Source: Dehalococcoidia bacterium (lineage in GTDB: Bacteria; Chloroflexota; Dehalococcoidia; GIF9; AB-539-J10). From it: a stretch of DNA of 64,000 nt. The notes below the pieces were generated by a model, which saw only the letters and a program-made list of their open reading frames with translations, was not told where the DNA came from and searched no databases. Made by a program: the position numbers and the translations under genes. Every line of letters begins with the position of its first letter. Positions within the stretch are counted from its first letter, which is position 1. Shown here piece by piece: positions 10,322 through 19,984 of the stretch. The stretch is taken from positions 20,303 to 84,302 of the forward strand of contig SKVJ01000039.1 in NCBI GenBank assembly GCA_007129495.1. Reading direction: 5' to 3'.

Positions 10322-11194
10322 TCAGCGTCGCTGCCCTGGCATGATACTTCTGGTGGCCGTGTCGAGGAGTTGCTCCGCTGTTCGTAGAGGAACTCCATCG
10401 CGTGTCAACTCGTCCAGCACCAGTTGTCTGGCGGTCCTGAGCTTATTTGCCACCACCCGAACCCCACTGTCAAGCGACGCATTAAGATCAACATGTTCCT
10501 GTGTGAGTCGCAGATCTGTTCTAGCCGAGTTGCCTGTCTTCTGGCGTATGCGCTCGAAGGCCTGATCCGACAGCTCGACTGCCGCGTTGCGGTTGAGTCC
10601 ATCTTTGACCAGCTCGTCTGCAAGTCGATTTCTGGCGGCCTTAGCCTTCTCTGTCACCAATGCCAGAGCGTCATCGTACGACGAATCAGGACTTAGATGC
10701 ACATCGCGTGTCCTGCTTTGCCCGTTAGCGGAAGTCTTGGCGCCGGCCAACTCAGTCCTGAGCGCAGAATTGACGAGGTTGACGGCGAGGTCACGCTCCA
10801 AACCATCACGGGTGATCTCGTCAATTACGTGCTGTCGTGCAGCAGCTATCTTGCCGCTGATAGCCGCAAGTATATCTTCCAGCGATGCGTTAGGATCGAT
10901 CTGCGTGGGCGTAAGGGGAGTAGTCGATCTGCTGGGTGAGTCCTGGGCTGAGAAGCCGCCGCCCGATGGTCGCCCTATTCGTGCGTGTAATGCCTGGAAG
11001 GCGACATTGATCTGCGCCATACGGACCATAGCATCCGGCGCCTCGGAGCGGTCCGGGTGATACTTCCTGGCAAGTGCACGATATGCTGCGGCGATCACCT
11101 CTGGCTCGGCCGCCGGGCTTATCTGCAACGTTTCGAAGTGATTCTTGTTATTGGTTTCACTCAATGTACTGGTCCTCTCGGTTCCGGAGGTCAC
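10322..11194 (-). CDS. J-domain protein with three C-terminal tandem repeats (68-aa period)
   Basis: AAYRALARKYHPD (HPD motif); repeats with consensus-like DxxxSxxxxxxxxxxKxxxARxxxxDExxxDG. Confidence 0.85.
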   Translation of the reverse strand: MTSGTERTSTLSETNNKNHFETLQISPAAEPEVIAAAYRALARKYHPDRSEAPDAMVRMAQINVAFQALHARIGRPSGGGFSAQDSPSRSTTPLTPTQIDPNASLEDILAAISGKIAAARQHVIDEITRDGLERDLAVNLVNSALRTELAGAKTSANGQSRTRDVHLSPDSSYDDALALVTEKAKAARNRLADELVKDGLNRNAAVELSDQAFERIRQKTGNSARTDLRLTQEHVDLNASLDSGVRVVANKLRTARQLVLDELTRDGVPLRTAEQLLDTATRSIMPGQRR

Positions 11195-11352
11195 GGTATT
11201 TCCGCAGATTGCTTATGATACCTGCACCATCGTCATGTGGCCAACCATCGGGAATGCACGGAGATGATTGAGCGCTGCGAAAGCGCCGAGACACTTTGTT
11301 CGCTCGCGTGAGTGTATGGTATGCTATTTCACGATTCAAGGTGGATTAGCTC

Positions 11353-11426
11353 TGGGGATTAGTCTAGCGGTAGGACGACTGACTCTGGATCAGTTAGGCC
11401 AGGTTCGAATCCTGGATCCCCAGCCA
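11353..11426 (+). tRNA. tRNA-Gln(CTG)
   Basis: Acceptor TGGGGAT/ATCCCCA with U1-A72, anticodon arm ACTGA-CTCTGGA-TCAGT, GGTTCGAATCC T-arm, encoded CCA. Confidence 0.97.
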
Positions 11427-11548
11427 TCTGCCGACAGCTTTTCTGTTGTGACCGTAGCACTTCTCGTCTGCCGGTGCGTTTTCTTGTATGTAAGCATTTT
11501 GGCCGCATTTCCTTTCGCACGTATAATCGCTTGACACGCGAGAAGTAA

Positions 11549-11992
11549 ATGGATCTTTCGTCAATTCTGTACCGAGTCTGGACCGCGTATTCCACCGGAT
11601 GGGGATTGTGGGTCTCCTTCGGTATGTACTTCTGGCTATCCATCTGCCTGATGGTAATCGCTCGAAAAGTGCATGTCGCTGGTTGGTGGGCTGGTTGGAT
11701 TCCCATTGTGAACTTCAAGGTGATGTGCGGAGCAGGGAAATCGTCCGGTGCGTGTTTCTGGCGACTATTTATCGTATTGTTGGCGCTGGTAGCAGGCATC
11801 GCACTGTGGATTCCAATATGGATAGTAGTCTGGCTCGTTCTTGGGGCGATTGTATGGGTTGTTACATGGAGTCGTATCTGTCGTGAACGTCACTATCCCG
11901 CTGCTCTCGGGTTGCTGTCTCTTGTTCCTGTGCTCAACCTTGTGCTGTTTGGGATACTGGCATTCGGAGATCAACCATACATGCTGGGCTAA
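11549..11992 (+). CDS. Small multi-pass membrane protein (DUF5684-like)
   Basis: Hydrophobic segments with WxxWIPIVN and LxxVPVLN repeats; TATAAT at about 11522. Confidence 0.7.
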   Translation: MDLSSILYRVWTAYSTGWGLWVSFGMYFWLSICLMVIARKVHVAGWWAGWIPIVNFKVMCGAGKSSGACFWRLFIVLLALVAGIALWIPIWIVVWLVLGAIVWVVTWSRICRERHYPAALGLLSLVPVLNLVLFGILAFGDQPYMLG

Positions 11993-12007
11993 TGCCCGTC
12001 GACACTA

Positions 12008-12036
12008 CCCAGGAACCTCCGCATCCGGTTCCTGGG
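12008..12036. terminator. Probable terminator hairpin
   Basis: CCCAGGAACC-N9-GGTTCCTGGG 10-bp stem just after the 11992 stop; no clear U-tract. Confidence 0.55.
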
Positions 12037-12440
12037 CGAGTTTCCAGGTCAGCCAGCCAGATCTTTTTGGATGAATGATGTCTTCATTTGAGGCTCACAC
12101 GGTGGACCTGCGGTCAGAACTGAGTACCGGTTTCGCCCTGTGCTTTGATCGTCATTGAGCACATCGAGGAAAATCTGCCGGACCGGTGTGGCTTTGTTCG
12201 CGGTACAGGCTCGAAACAGATTCCGAATAGCGTGAGTCTGTGTCCATCGACACCGCATTCCTTTCCATCTGAGACCCCGACTTAGGATAAGGTTCTCGCC
12301 GCCATAGCCAATCACTCGCTAATGTAATGCGTGCTCTGTTATATCGACGTATTTCCTGGCGATATGAGACCTTCCGTCGGCGACAAGAAACCCTGCACCG
12401 GATGGCGAAGAGCGCACCAATTGGGGCTTAAGGACGGATT

Positions 12441-13277
12441 TCACCTGGCAGCACGCATGGCGCGCGCGGCACCGAAACCCAAGAAGGAGTAGACCCCTGG
12501 AGAGACGCGCTGAAGACAGGCAAACGGCCTCATCTGGTCACCGGGACGACCGAGTTCAGCGTCCCTCATCACCAGATCGCTATCGAGAGCTCCCGGGGTG
12601 TCATATACAGTTGGCATCAGTTCTTCCCGCAGTGTGACTCTCATATCGTCAAGAGTGAATACACGCCGTCCCTTGGTAGTAAGAGCGAGGGCCGCAATGT
12701 AGGGACCCCACTGGCGAAACGAGTACGTCTCGTTGAAAGTTGCGCGTTCGTCCGGATCATGAATGAACAGATCCGCCAATTGGTTCTTCACATCTGCAGC
12801 GCTTGGAGCAGGTTGTGCTTGTGTTGCAGATGGAAGGACAGGAGGCATTATTGGCGACGAATCTACATGTTGGGAATTGCCGTTGGACTTGTTGTCCTGA
12901 GAACGAGAACTGCCTAGCTCCCGCAAGCGCTCCATGATCCAGAGACGTGCGAGTGTTTGAGGGGACTCATCAAGGTCGCGGGCAAGCGCCCTGAGTTGCT
13001 CCGCTCGAGAAATGGGCAGTTCGATGCGGAGCATAATGGAATCGGGTCCAGCGTTCTCGAGACCCGCCTCCTCGCTTCTGGCAAATCCTCTTACACCGCT
13101 CGGCATCCCCATGATGCTCCGCATCATATACTCGTCAACGTCTGCTGCATTGGAGCCGGAACGAGGTGACTGTCCGGCATTACCTGGCTGGCCGGACGAC
13201 AGTCCATCATTCAAGTCAGGCATGTCGCCGTACGGCGACTGGCGTGGTGACCGCCGTTTCTTTCCTTTATCGAACAT
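12441..13277 (-). CDS. Hypothetical protein with internal ribbon-helix-helix (CopG-like) segment
   Basis: 278-aa ORF; IMLRIELPISRAEQLRALARDLDESPQTLARLWIMERL fits a beta-helix-helix pattern. Confidence 0.7.
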   Translation of the reverse strand: MFDKGKKRRSPRQSPYGDMPDLNDGLSSGQPGNAGQSPRSGSNAADVDEYMMRSIMGMPSGVRGFARSEEAGLENAGPDSIMLRIELPISRAEQLRALARDLDESPQTLARLWIMERLRELGSSRSQDNKSNGNSQHVDSSPIMPPVLPSATQAQPAPSAADVKNQLADLFIHDPDERATFNETYSFRQWGPYIAALALTTKGRRVFTLDDMRVTLREELMPTVYDTPGALDSDLVMRDAELGRPGDQMRPFACLQRVSPGVYSFLGFGAARAMRAAR

Positions 13278-13381
13278 CGGGACCCTCAGTGTGAATAATC
13301 AACTCTCTGAAGAAATATAGCAGACCCGACCGTACCAGCGCATCTGGCAATCGGCGATTTCGTCTTCTGACAGATGACTTT

Positions 13382-14794
13382 TCAGCCCTCTTCCGATTCT
13401 GATCCTGATACCTTGTAGACGCGGCCGCGCGCTAGTGATGCGGCGATGCCCGCAAGACACGCCACAGTGCACAGCGCGAAGGTGGCCTGCATGGCATCTA
13501 TGAAGAGGTGCATGGGCATTGAGTGCACATCGGCAGCCCCAACTCGCGCCGCTATGAAGAGTGTGGCTATACCCATACTGAGCACCATTCCAACCTGGCG
13601 CGTCGTGGACAGAGTGGCAGATGCAATACCGTAGCGAGTCCCACTAACAGAGGTCATCACGGCATTGGTGTTTGGTGTGGCAAACAGACCTACGCCGAGC
13701 CCGAGCAGAGCAAGGGCTGATATCACGTACCATAGCGGAGACACAACGTCGAGCCGAGACATCAGGAACAGTGCACAGGCTGTGAGCGCCATACCGCTTG
13801 ACGCGAGTAGACGAGGCTCGTGGCGATCGGAGAATCGTCCGGCAATCGGAGATACGAAAGCCTGGATGATTGGCATCGAAACGAGTATGAGTCCGGTGGA
13901 TCGAGGTGTGAAGCCTGAGACCACCTGCAGGTAGAGACTTAAGAGAAATGTAGCAGCGAAGAACGCGCTGTAGTTCAGAAACGCTGCAAGGTTTGACATG
14001 GCAAATGAGGTATTGGAATGAAACAGGGAGAGATCGATAAGCGGGTGATCGACTGCACGTTCGATGCGTACCAGTGCGACGAAGCCCACGAGTCCGATTG
14101 CAAGACTTGCGAAACCATGCACAGAAGGCAATTGCGTCAGGCCATAGATGCCCCCGATGAGAAACACCGCGTATGCAGCAAAACCGGGCCAGTCGAATGG
14201 GCGTGCCTGCGAAGCCGGAATCTGTGCGGGCAGCTTGTAATGAGCTGCCAGGAGGAGAAGCAGTCCCAAGGGGATGTTCACGAAGAAGACTGCCCTCCAG
14301 CCGAAGGTTTGTGTCAGGAAACCACCGACAGCGGGTCCGATCGACAGGCCAGCGTACAAGGCTGCTGCATTTATGCCGAGAGCTTTGCCTCGCTCTCCAG
14401 GACCAAATGCTGCCGCCAGTATTGCGACAGCGGTACTGGCCAGCATGGCGCCACCGCTTCCTTGAATCGCTCTGGCAATTATGAGCGTCGTTCCATGCCA
14501 TGAAAGGCTGGCCAGGATCGAGCCGATAGTGTATACAGCAACGCCTGTCGTGAGGACACGTTTCCTGCCTCGTGAGTCGGCGATTCTACCGAACGGGATC
14601 AGGAGGAGCGAACTTGTCAGCAGGAACGATGTGGCTACCCATGCGAGTTCGACAGCGGTCATCTGCAGGCCGACCCCTATCGTCGGTAACGCGACATTCA
14701 CGGACGACCCCATGAACGGGAAGATGAAGGCGGCTGCACAGGTGACAAGGAGCACAGCACGCTTATCTGTGACGGGCACAACGGGTTGAGTCAC
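13382..14794 (-). CDS. MFS transporter, DHA2/EmrB-like
   Basis: GRIADSRGRKRV motif A, ERGKALG, GPAVGG, many TM segments; GTG start 9 nt after TATAAT. Confidence 0.92.
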   Translation of the reverse strand: MTQPVVPVTDKRAVLLVTCAAAFIFPFMGSSVNVALPTIGVGLQMTAVELAWVATSFLLTSSLLLIPFGRIADSRGRKRVLTTGVAVYTIGSILASLSWHGTTLIIARAIQGSGGAMLASTAVAILAAAFGPGERGKALGINAAALYAGLSIGPAVGGFLTQTFGWRAVFFVNIPLGLLLLLAAHYKLPAQIPASQARPFDWPGFAAYAVFLIGGIYGLTQLPSVHGFASLAIGLVGFVALVRIERAVDHPLIDLSLFHSNTSFAMSNLAAFLNYSAFFAATFLLSLYLQVVSGFTPRSTGLILVSMPIIQAFVSPIAGRFSDRHEPRLLASSGMALTACALFLMSRLDVVSPLWYVISALALLGLGVGLFATPNTNAVMTSVSGTRYGIASATLSTTRQVGMVLSMGIATLFIAARVGAADVHSMPMHLFIDAMQATFALCTVACLAGIAASLARGRVYKVSGSESEEG

Positions 14795-15023
14795 TGGTGC
14801 GGAATTATAGCCCACTCTGAAGTTCAGGCCATTGTCCGATTACCACCTTGTGGAGCAAAGTCTGATTACCCTCTTCTTCCGGCAGCGCAACCTGCTCGCC
14901 ATTTAGTTTTGCGGCGGTCCATCGCTACAATGGGAACGTGGTCACTGCGGCACAGTTCTTAGCTTCCGGCAATAGAAGTGTGTCGGCGGCGGCAGTCGCT
15001 GCGTGAAGGATGTAGGAGGTGAA

Positions 15024-17165
15024 ATGAGTAGAGAGTCAGTCGATGACCGACAGCGAGACGTCAGACGCAATCGCCTGCAGTTCGAGACGAGTCCATATCT
15101 GCTGCAGCACGCGGATAATCCCGTTGACTGGTTTCCATGGTGTGATGAGGCCTTTCAGAAGGCAGAGCGTGAAGACAAACCCGTATTCCTCTCTATCGGC
15201 TATTCCTCCTGCCATTGGTGTCATGTAATGGAGGAAGAATCATTCGAGGATCCTGAAATAGCCTCGGTGTTGAATGCCTCGTTCATCGGTATAAAGGTCG
15301 ATCGTGAGGAGCGACCAGACATCGATCAGGTATACATGACTATGGCACAACTGGTCACCGGGCAGGGAGGATGGCCACTTACTGTGATCATGGCGCCCGA
15401 TGGCAAACCATTCTTTCTCGGGACGTATCTGCCCCGGCAGTCCAGTCGCGGACAGCTGGGGTTGCTGCAATTGCTGACCACTGTGACTGAGCACTGGATG
15501 TCGCACGATAAGCGTGAGGAGTTGCTTGGTTCCAGCAGCCGCATTGTAGACGTAGCACGGAGCCTCGTTGGATCATGGTCCGGGGCGGAATTTCCGGCTG
15601 ATGCGTGGCCCATGGCAGTATCCGATTTGATGAGTACTTTTGACTCGAAACATGGCGGTTTCGGTGGGGCTCCGAAGTTTCCAATGCCAACGAGGCTGGC
15701 GTTCCTCCTCGTGCACTGGCATGACAGCGGGGATCCGCGTGCATTGGCGATGGTGACGAAGAGCCTCGACGAGATGCGGCGGGGAGGCATGTACGACCAT
15801 CTTGCCTCCGGTTTTCACCGATATTCGGTTGACGAACGCTGGGAAGTGCCTCATTTCGAAAAAATGTTGTATGACCAGGCGTTGCTCGTAGAGGTATATC
15901 TCGATGCATACCTGGCGACCGGAAAGAGGCGATACGCTGAAACAGCCAGGGATGTTATTGGCTATGTGCTCGGACGGCTGACCGGACCTGAGGGCGGATT
16001 CTATTGTTCCGAGGATGCTGACACCGAGGGGGAAGAGGGAGCCTACTACTTGTGGAGCCTGCGACAATTGCGCGAGGTGCTTTCCGCTGATGAGTTGCGG
16101 GTCCTGCTTGCGTCGGCCGGCCATTCGGTGACCGATAAACCGGGAGAGATTGAGGTCAACCTTCGAGAGGACCAGCCGTTCGTGCTCGCGCTCAGGCACC
16201 CATCGACAGAGGTGGCCGAGAGTCTTCACATGTCGCCTTCTGAAGTAGACGGGAATCTGTCGGCTGCGAAGCAGGCGCTTCTTGTTGTACGAAACAGGAG
16301 AGAGCCGGTCCCGGTTGATGATAAGGTCTCGGCTGATTGGAACGGACTGGCTATTGCTGCACTGGCGCGAGCAGGCAGGGTGCTTGACGAGCCCGAATTC
16401 ATAGTTGCGGCTGAAAGGGCCGCGGATTTCGTAATGTATCAGATGCGCCGTGATGACGGGGTGCTTATGCACACGTACAAAGACGGAAGATGCACAACCC
16501 CCGGATTTCTAGAGGATTATGCGTTTCTGGGCTATGGTCTCCTGGAATTGTTTCAGGCCGCTCAGCATTCTCGCCATCTCCAATTGTCAGTACGCTTGAC
16601 CGAACAGATGCTGGAGCTGTTTTGGGACGAGGCAGACGGGGGGCTCTTTCAAACCGGTACTCTGAATGAGCAACTCCTATTTCGGATCAAACCGATCTTC
16701 GATGGTGCACTTCCGTCCGGCAACTCGATGGCTGGTATCCTGCTGGCCAAACTCGCCCGACTCACCGAGCGGCCCGGCCTTGTAGAGAACGCCGATCGGC
16801 TGTTCGCAACCCTTGGAAAGGCTGCAGCTTCGCACCCGAGTCAATTTCCCGGCTTGCTGATCGGACATCGGTTACACAACAGGAGAACGCGCGTGACAGT
16901 AATTGTTGAGGCATCCGACGCGGCTTACAATCGTGCACTCATTAAGACCGCCAATTCTGTATATGCCCCCGACCATCTACTCGTGGTAGTGCCGGGGAAT
17001 GGTTTGAAGAGCGAAGCGGCGGCCCTTCTACCCGTCGCCAGAGATCACAAACGCATTGAGGGGCGGGCGGCAGCGTATGTGTGTGACAGGAGCAAGTGTT
17101 CGGAGCCGGTTGCGCATCCGGAGGCGCTGCGGACACTGTTACTGGGTGACAGAAAGGCACAGTGA
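15024..17165 (+). CDS. YyaL/SPATA20-like thioredoxin-domain (DUF255) protein
   Basis: [52 protein letters not shown]; GGAGG SD. Confidence 0.94.
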   Translation: MSRESVDDRQRDVRRNRLQFETSPYLLQHADNPVDWFPWCDEAFQKAEREDKPVFLSIGYSSCHWCHVMEEESFEDPEIASVLNASFIGIKVDREERPDIDQVYMTMAQLVTGQGGWPLTVIMAPDGKPFFLGTYLPRQSSRGQLGLLQLLTTVTEHWMSHDKREELLGSSSRIVDVARSLVGSWSGAEFPADAWPMAVSDLMSTFDSKHGGFGGAPKFPMPTRLAFLLVHWHDSGDPRALAMVTKSLDEMRRGGMYDHLASGFHRYSVDERWEVPHFEKMLYDQALLVEVYLDAYLATGKRRYAETARDVIGYVLGRLTGPEGGFYCSEDADTEGEEGAYYLWSLRQLREVLSADELRVLLASAGHSVTDKPGEIEVNLREDQPFVLALRHPSTEVAESLHMSPSEVDGNLSAAKQALLVVRNRREPVPVDDKVSADWNGLAIAALARAGRVLDEPEFIVAAERAADFVMYQMRRDDGVLMHTYKDGRCTTPGFLEDYAFLGYGLLELFQAAQHSRHLQLSVRLTEQMLELFWDEADGGLFQTGTLNEQLLFRIKPIFDGALPSGNSMAGILLAKLARLTERPGLVENADRLFATLGKAAASHPSQFPGLLIGHRLHNRRTRVTVIVEASDAAYNRALIKTANSVYAPDHLLVVVPGNGLKSEAAALLPVARDHKRIEGRAAAYVCDRSKCSEPVAHPEALRTLLLGDRKAQ

Positions 17166-17206
17166 CGGGTGCTTCGGCAATTGAACGCCCGAATGATTCC
17201 CCAGTG

Positions 17207-17845
17207 TCAGGAAGGTTGAGCGGCTGCGCGATAATTGTCCCAAGTGTCCATAATGGCCGGAGTCGGGACTACGCCCTCGCGGAGCACTTCGACATTGCCC
17301 TTCACAACCCGAACGATAGTTGAGGGAGTCTTCCGTTGTGCATCGCCGGCATCGAGAATATAGTCGACCATTTCACCCAGCTGTTGCTTCACTTGTTTTA
17401 CATTAACTGCAGGCGGATGGCCGCTGCGATTCGCGCTGGTTCCGGTAACAGGGCCGCCAAATCGCTCAATGAGACGCAGGCAGATCGGGTCGTCAGGCAC
17501 TCTTACCCCCACACAGCCATCCTGAATGAGTGAGGGGTGAAGAGGAACCGTGGTTGGCAAAACGAGCGTCAGTCCACCTGGCCAGCACAGTTCGGCAAGG
17601 TGGAGCGCGAACGGGTCGGGGTCGTCAACCACATCGGTGATGTGCGAGATGTCGCTTATCAGTACCGGCAGGGGACTATCCTTTGGCCTACCCTTGACCT
17701 CGTATACCCGGTCCACAGCCCGTTGATTGCCAATGTCCGCGCCAAGACCATATACAGTGTCCGTGGGGAATGCTACGACTCCGCCGTCCGCAAGTACACG
17801 AACCGCTTCACCTATTTGGCGGTCATAGCTGCTGGTTACGAACAT
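17207..17845 (-). CDS. tsaC: L-threonylcarbamoyladenylate synthase (TsaC/Sua5)
   Basis: VAFPTDTVYGL, KGRP, WPGGLT, TSANRSG. Confidence 0.94.
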   Translation of the reverse strand: MFVTSSYDRQIGEAVRVLADGGVVAFPTDTVYGLGADIGNQRAVDRVYEVKGRPKDSPLPVLISDISHITDVVDDPDPFALHLAELCWPGGLTLVLPTTVPLHPSLIQDGCVGVRVPDDPICLRLIERFGGPVTGTSANRSGHPPAVNVKQVKQQLGEMVDYILDAGDAQRKTPSTIVRVVKGNVEVLREGVVPTPAIMDTWDNYRAAAQPS

Positions 17846-18001
17846 TCGCTGCCATATACAACAGAACATCCTGCTGACGAGTGTAGCAGATACCACCCGT
17901 AAGCCGAAACCCACAACAACTCAGGATCTCCGCCTGTGCTTTCTGGGTTGGAATGATTGGGCTTTCATGATTTCCCGACCCTCTCAAGAAGGCCGAGTTA
18001 C

Positions 18002-18030
18002 TTGTCAAAGGGGTACGGCACATGCACAAT
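18002..18030 (+). promoter_or_regulatory. Putative sigma70 promoter of the amidase gene
   Basis: TTGTCA-17 bp-CACAAT. Confidence 0.5.
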
Positions 18031-18055
18031 TCTGCCTTGGGTCAGGAGGGAAGCT

Positions 18056-19033
18056 ATGAAGCATGTGCCACTTTCACGGAACTTCGGTAGTCCTGAGAAC
18101 TACGTGTTTGATGCGCGAACCCCGCCTGTTCTAACTGTCTCCGCTGGCGAGGAGTTCACGGCCGAGGTGCAGGATGCCTACAACGGCATGCTGAGGGAGG
18201 ACCCATGCAGACTCCAGCCTGCGGATCTCACTTTTTATGCTGAGAGACAGCCGTTCTGGTACAACCCCGTGTGTGGCCCTATCTATGTAGAGGGAGCATC
18301 TAAGGGCGACGTGCTGGCGGTGACCATACTTGCCGTTGATGAATTGTCTGCCGGCTCTATTGCCACTGTACCCCGTGTACATCATTTTGCCGGACTGAGA
18401 GGATGGGAAGAGACAGATCAGCCGTTCACCGGAATTGTGACCAACGATAAGGAAGTGTCGGAATGGCAGTACGGTGAGCAGGTGCATCGATGGCCAATGC
18501 GTCCGTTCGTGGGCACCATCGCTACAGCTCCTGAATATGAGGTGCTGTCCACACTGCCCACCAACTTCGGCAGTGTAATGGGTGCAGGTGGTAATCTTGA
18601 TTGCTCTGCGATAGGCCCTGGGGCTACCGTGTACTTGCAGTCGATGAATCTCGGCGGTCTGCTCTTCTTCGGTGACTTACACGGATCTCAGGGGGACGGA
18701 GAACTGTGCGGGGTCGCGAACGAAGTGAGCGGGCGTGTTCGTCTCGTATGCAATGTGTTGAAGCGCAAGTGGCTCCGTAACGTTCGGGTTGAGAACAGCG
18801 ATTCGCTTATCTCGCTATACTGTTATCGGCCCATGGAGGAAGCGTTTCGACAGGCTACCCGCGACCTGATTCTATGGCTTGAAGAGGATTATGGACTGAC
18901 GAGGAGGGAGGTTTATCTGCTCATTAGCATGTGTCCTGATTTCCATCTGCGTACCTATCAGATGTGCGCTGGGCTTGGACGGCTCATGACCACGGTAGGT
19001 GCCGAGTTTCCCAAATACTTGCTGGGAATGTGA
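18056..19033 (+). CDS. Acetamidase/formamidase family protein
   Basis: NPVCGPIYVEGA..GDVLAV, GGNLD, GDLHGSQGDGELCG..NE. Confidence 0.92.
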   Translation: MKHVPLSRNFGSPENYVFDARTPPVLTVSAGEEFTAEVQDAYNGMLREDPCRLQPADLTFYAERQPFWYNPVCGPIYVEGASKGDVLAVTILAVDELSAGSIATVPRVHHFAGLRGWEETDQPFTGIVTNDKEVSEWQYGEQVHRWPMRPFVGTIATAPEYEVLSTLPTNFGSVMGAGGNLDCSAIGPGATVYLQSMNLGGLLFFGDLHGSQGDGELCGVANEVSGRVRLVCNVLKRKWLRNVRVENSDSLISLYCYRPMEEAFRQATRDLILWLEEDYGLTRREVYLLISMCPDFHLRTYQMCAGLGRLMTTVGAEFPKYLLGM

Positions 19034-19184
19034 ACTGGCATCACGGTTCCGCAGATTTCGGGATATGCCGATGAGTTCGCGTGTGGTAATATGAATGCTA
19101 CATACTGATGCGGTCTATGGCTGACACTTGTGTTTGCTTATTGCATGGCAGTATTGCTGGTGGTGTCTCTTCCTTTGCCGGGCT

Positions 19185-19982
19185 ATGAATGACTCGATCG
19201 AACGCGTAGCCGACATTCTAATCCGACAGCACTACGTTGTGTGTCTGTCTGGCGCCGGTATGTCAGTTGAGAGTGGCATCCGGCCATTCAGAGGCCCTGG
19301 AGGTCTCTGGACCGAATTTGGTGAGCCGCCTCTCGATGATTACCGCCGATTCGTATCCGATCCGGTCGGGTACTGGAGAAACCTACTCCAACCGCAGGGT
19401 CACTATCTCGAGTTGTATAAGACGCTTGCGGAGGCCGTACCCCATCAGGGTTACTTCGCGCTTGCCGAACTGGAAAGACAGGGTGTAGTCAAGCATGTGA
19501 TTACGCAGAACATCGATGGCCTGCACCACAGGGCTGGAAGCAAACATGTCACCGAGATTCATGGTAACTACACGTTGTGCAGATGTGTAGAGTGCGGAAC
19601 CAGGTGCGAGCGAAGTCAAGTTGATGTGTCTACACTCCCACCTCGCTGTCCTGTATGTGCAGGCATAATGAAGAGTGATGTCGTTGTCTTCGGCGAACCT
19701 ATTCCTGAGGATGTGGGACGTGCCTGCAGCGAGCAGGTCGACCTCGCGGATTGTATGCTGCTTGTTGGCACTTCCGCCTACGTGTATCCAGCGGCTGGCT
19801 TCCCGCGTCACGTGAGCGCCCAAGGCGGGATTCTGATCGAGATGGGCCCTCAGCCCACTGAGATTACGGAGTTGTGTGATATCTCGGTCCAGGGCACCGC
19901 GGCCGAAGTGCTTCCACAACTCTATGACGCTATCGTCGAGCGTGTGAAAGAGCCAATCCAGCCAGATGGGACCGCTGAATAA
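19185..19982 (+). CDS. cobB: NAD-dependent protein deacylase, Sir2 family
   Basis: GAGMSVESGIRPFRG, TQNIDGLH, HG, two CxxC zinc motifs, VGTS..VYPAA. Confidence 0.94.
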   Translation: MNDSIERVADILIRQHYVVCLSGAGMSVESGIRPFRGPGGLWTEFGEPPLDDYRRFVSDPVGYWRNLLQPQGHYLELYKTLAEAVPHQGYFALAELERQGVVKHVITQNIDGLHHRAGSKHVTEIHGNYTLCRCVECGTRCERSQVDVSTLPPRCPVCAGIMKSDVVVFGEPIPEDVGRACSEQVDLADCMLLVGTSAYVYPAAGFPRHVSAQGGILIEMGPQPTEITELCDISVQGTAAEVLPQLYDAIVERVKEPIQPDGTAE

Positions 19983-19984
19983 TT

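Noticed and set aside
12160-12232. GAGGAAAATCTG...AACAGATTCC resembling RNase P RNA end motifs
   Set aside because: The motifs are only about 50 nt apart and deviate from consensus; RNase P RNA is several hundred nt long.
12152-12247. Short minus-strand ORF ending C-A-Q-TGA (possible CxxU selenoprotein)
   Set aside because: No convincing SECIS hairpin at a suitable distance, the read-through peptide is not recognisable, and no sel genes are in the window; likely chance.
11353-13300. Possible genomic island integrated at tRNA-Gln
   Set aside because: No integrase and no duplicated tRNA 3' end seen; composition looks like the flanks.
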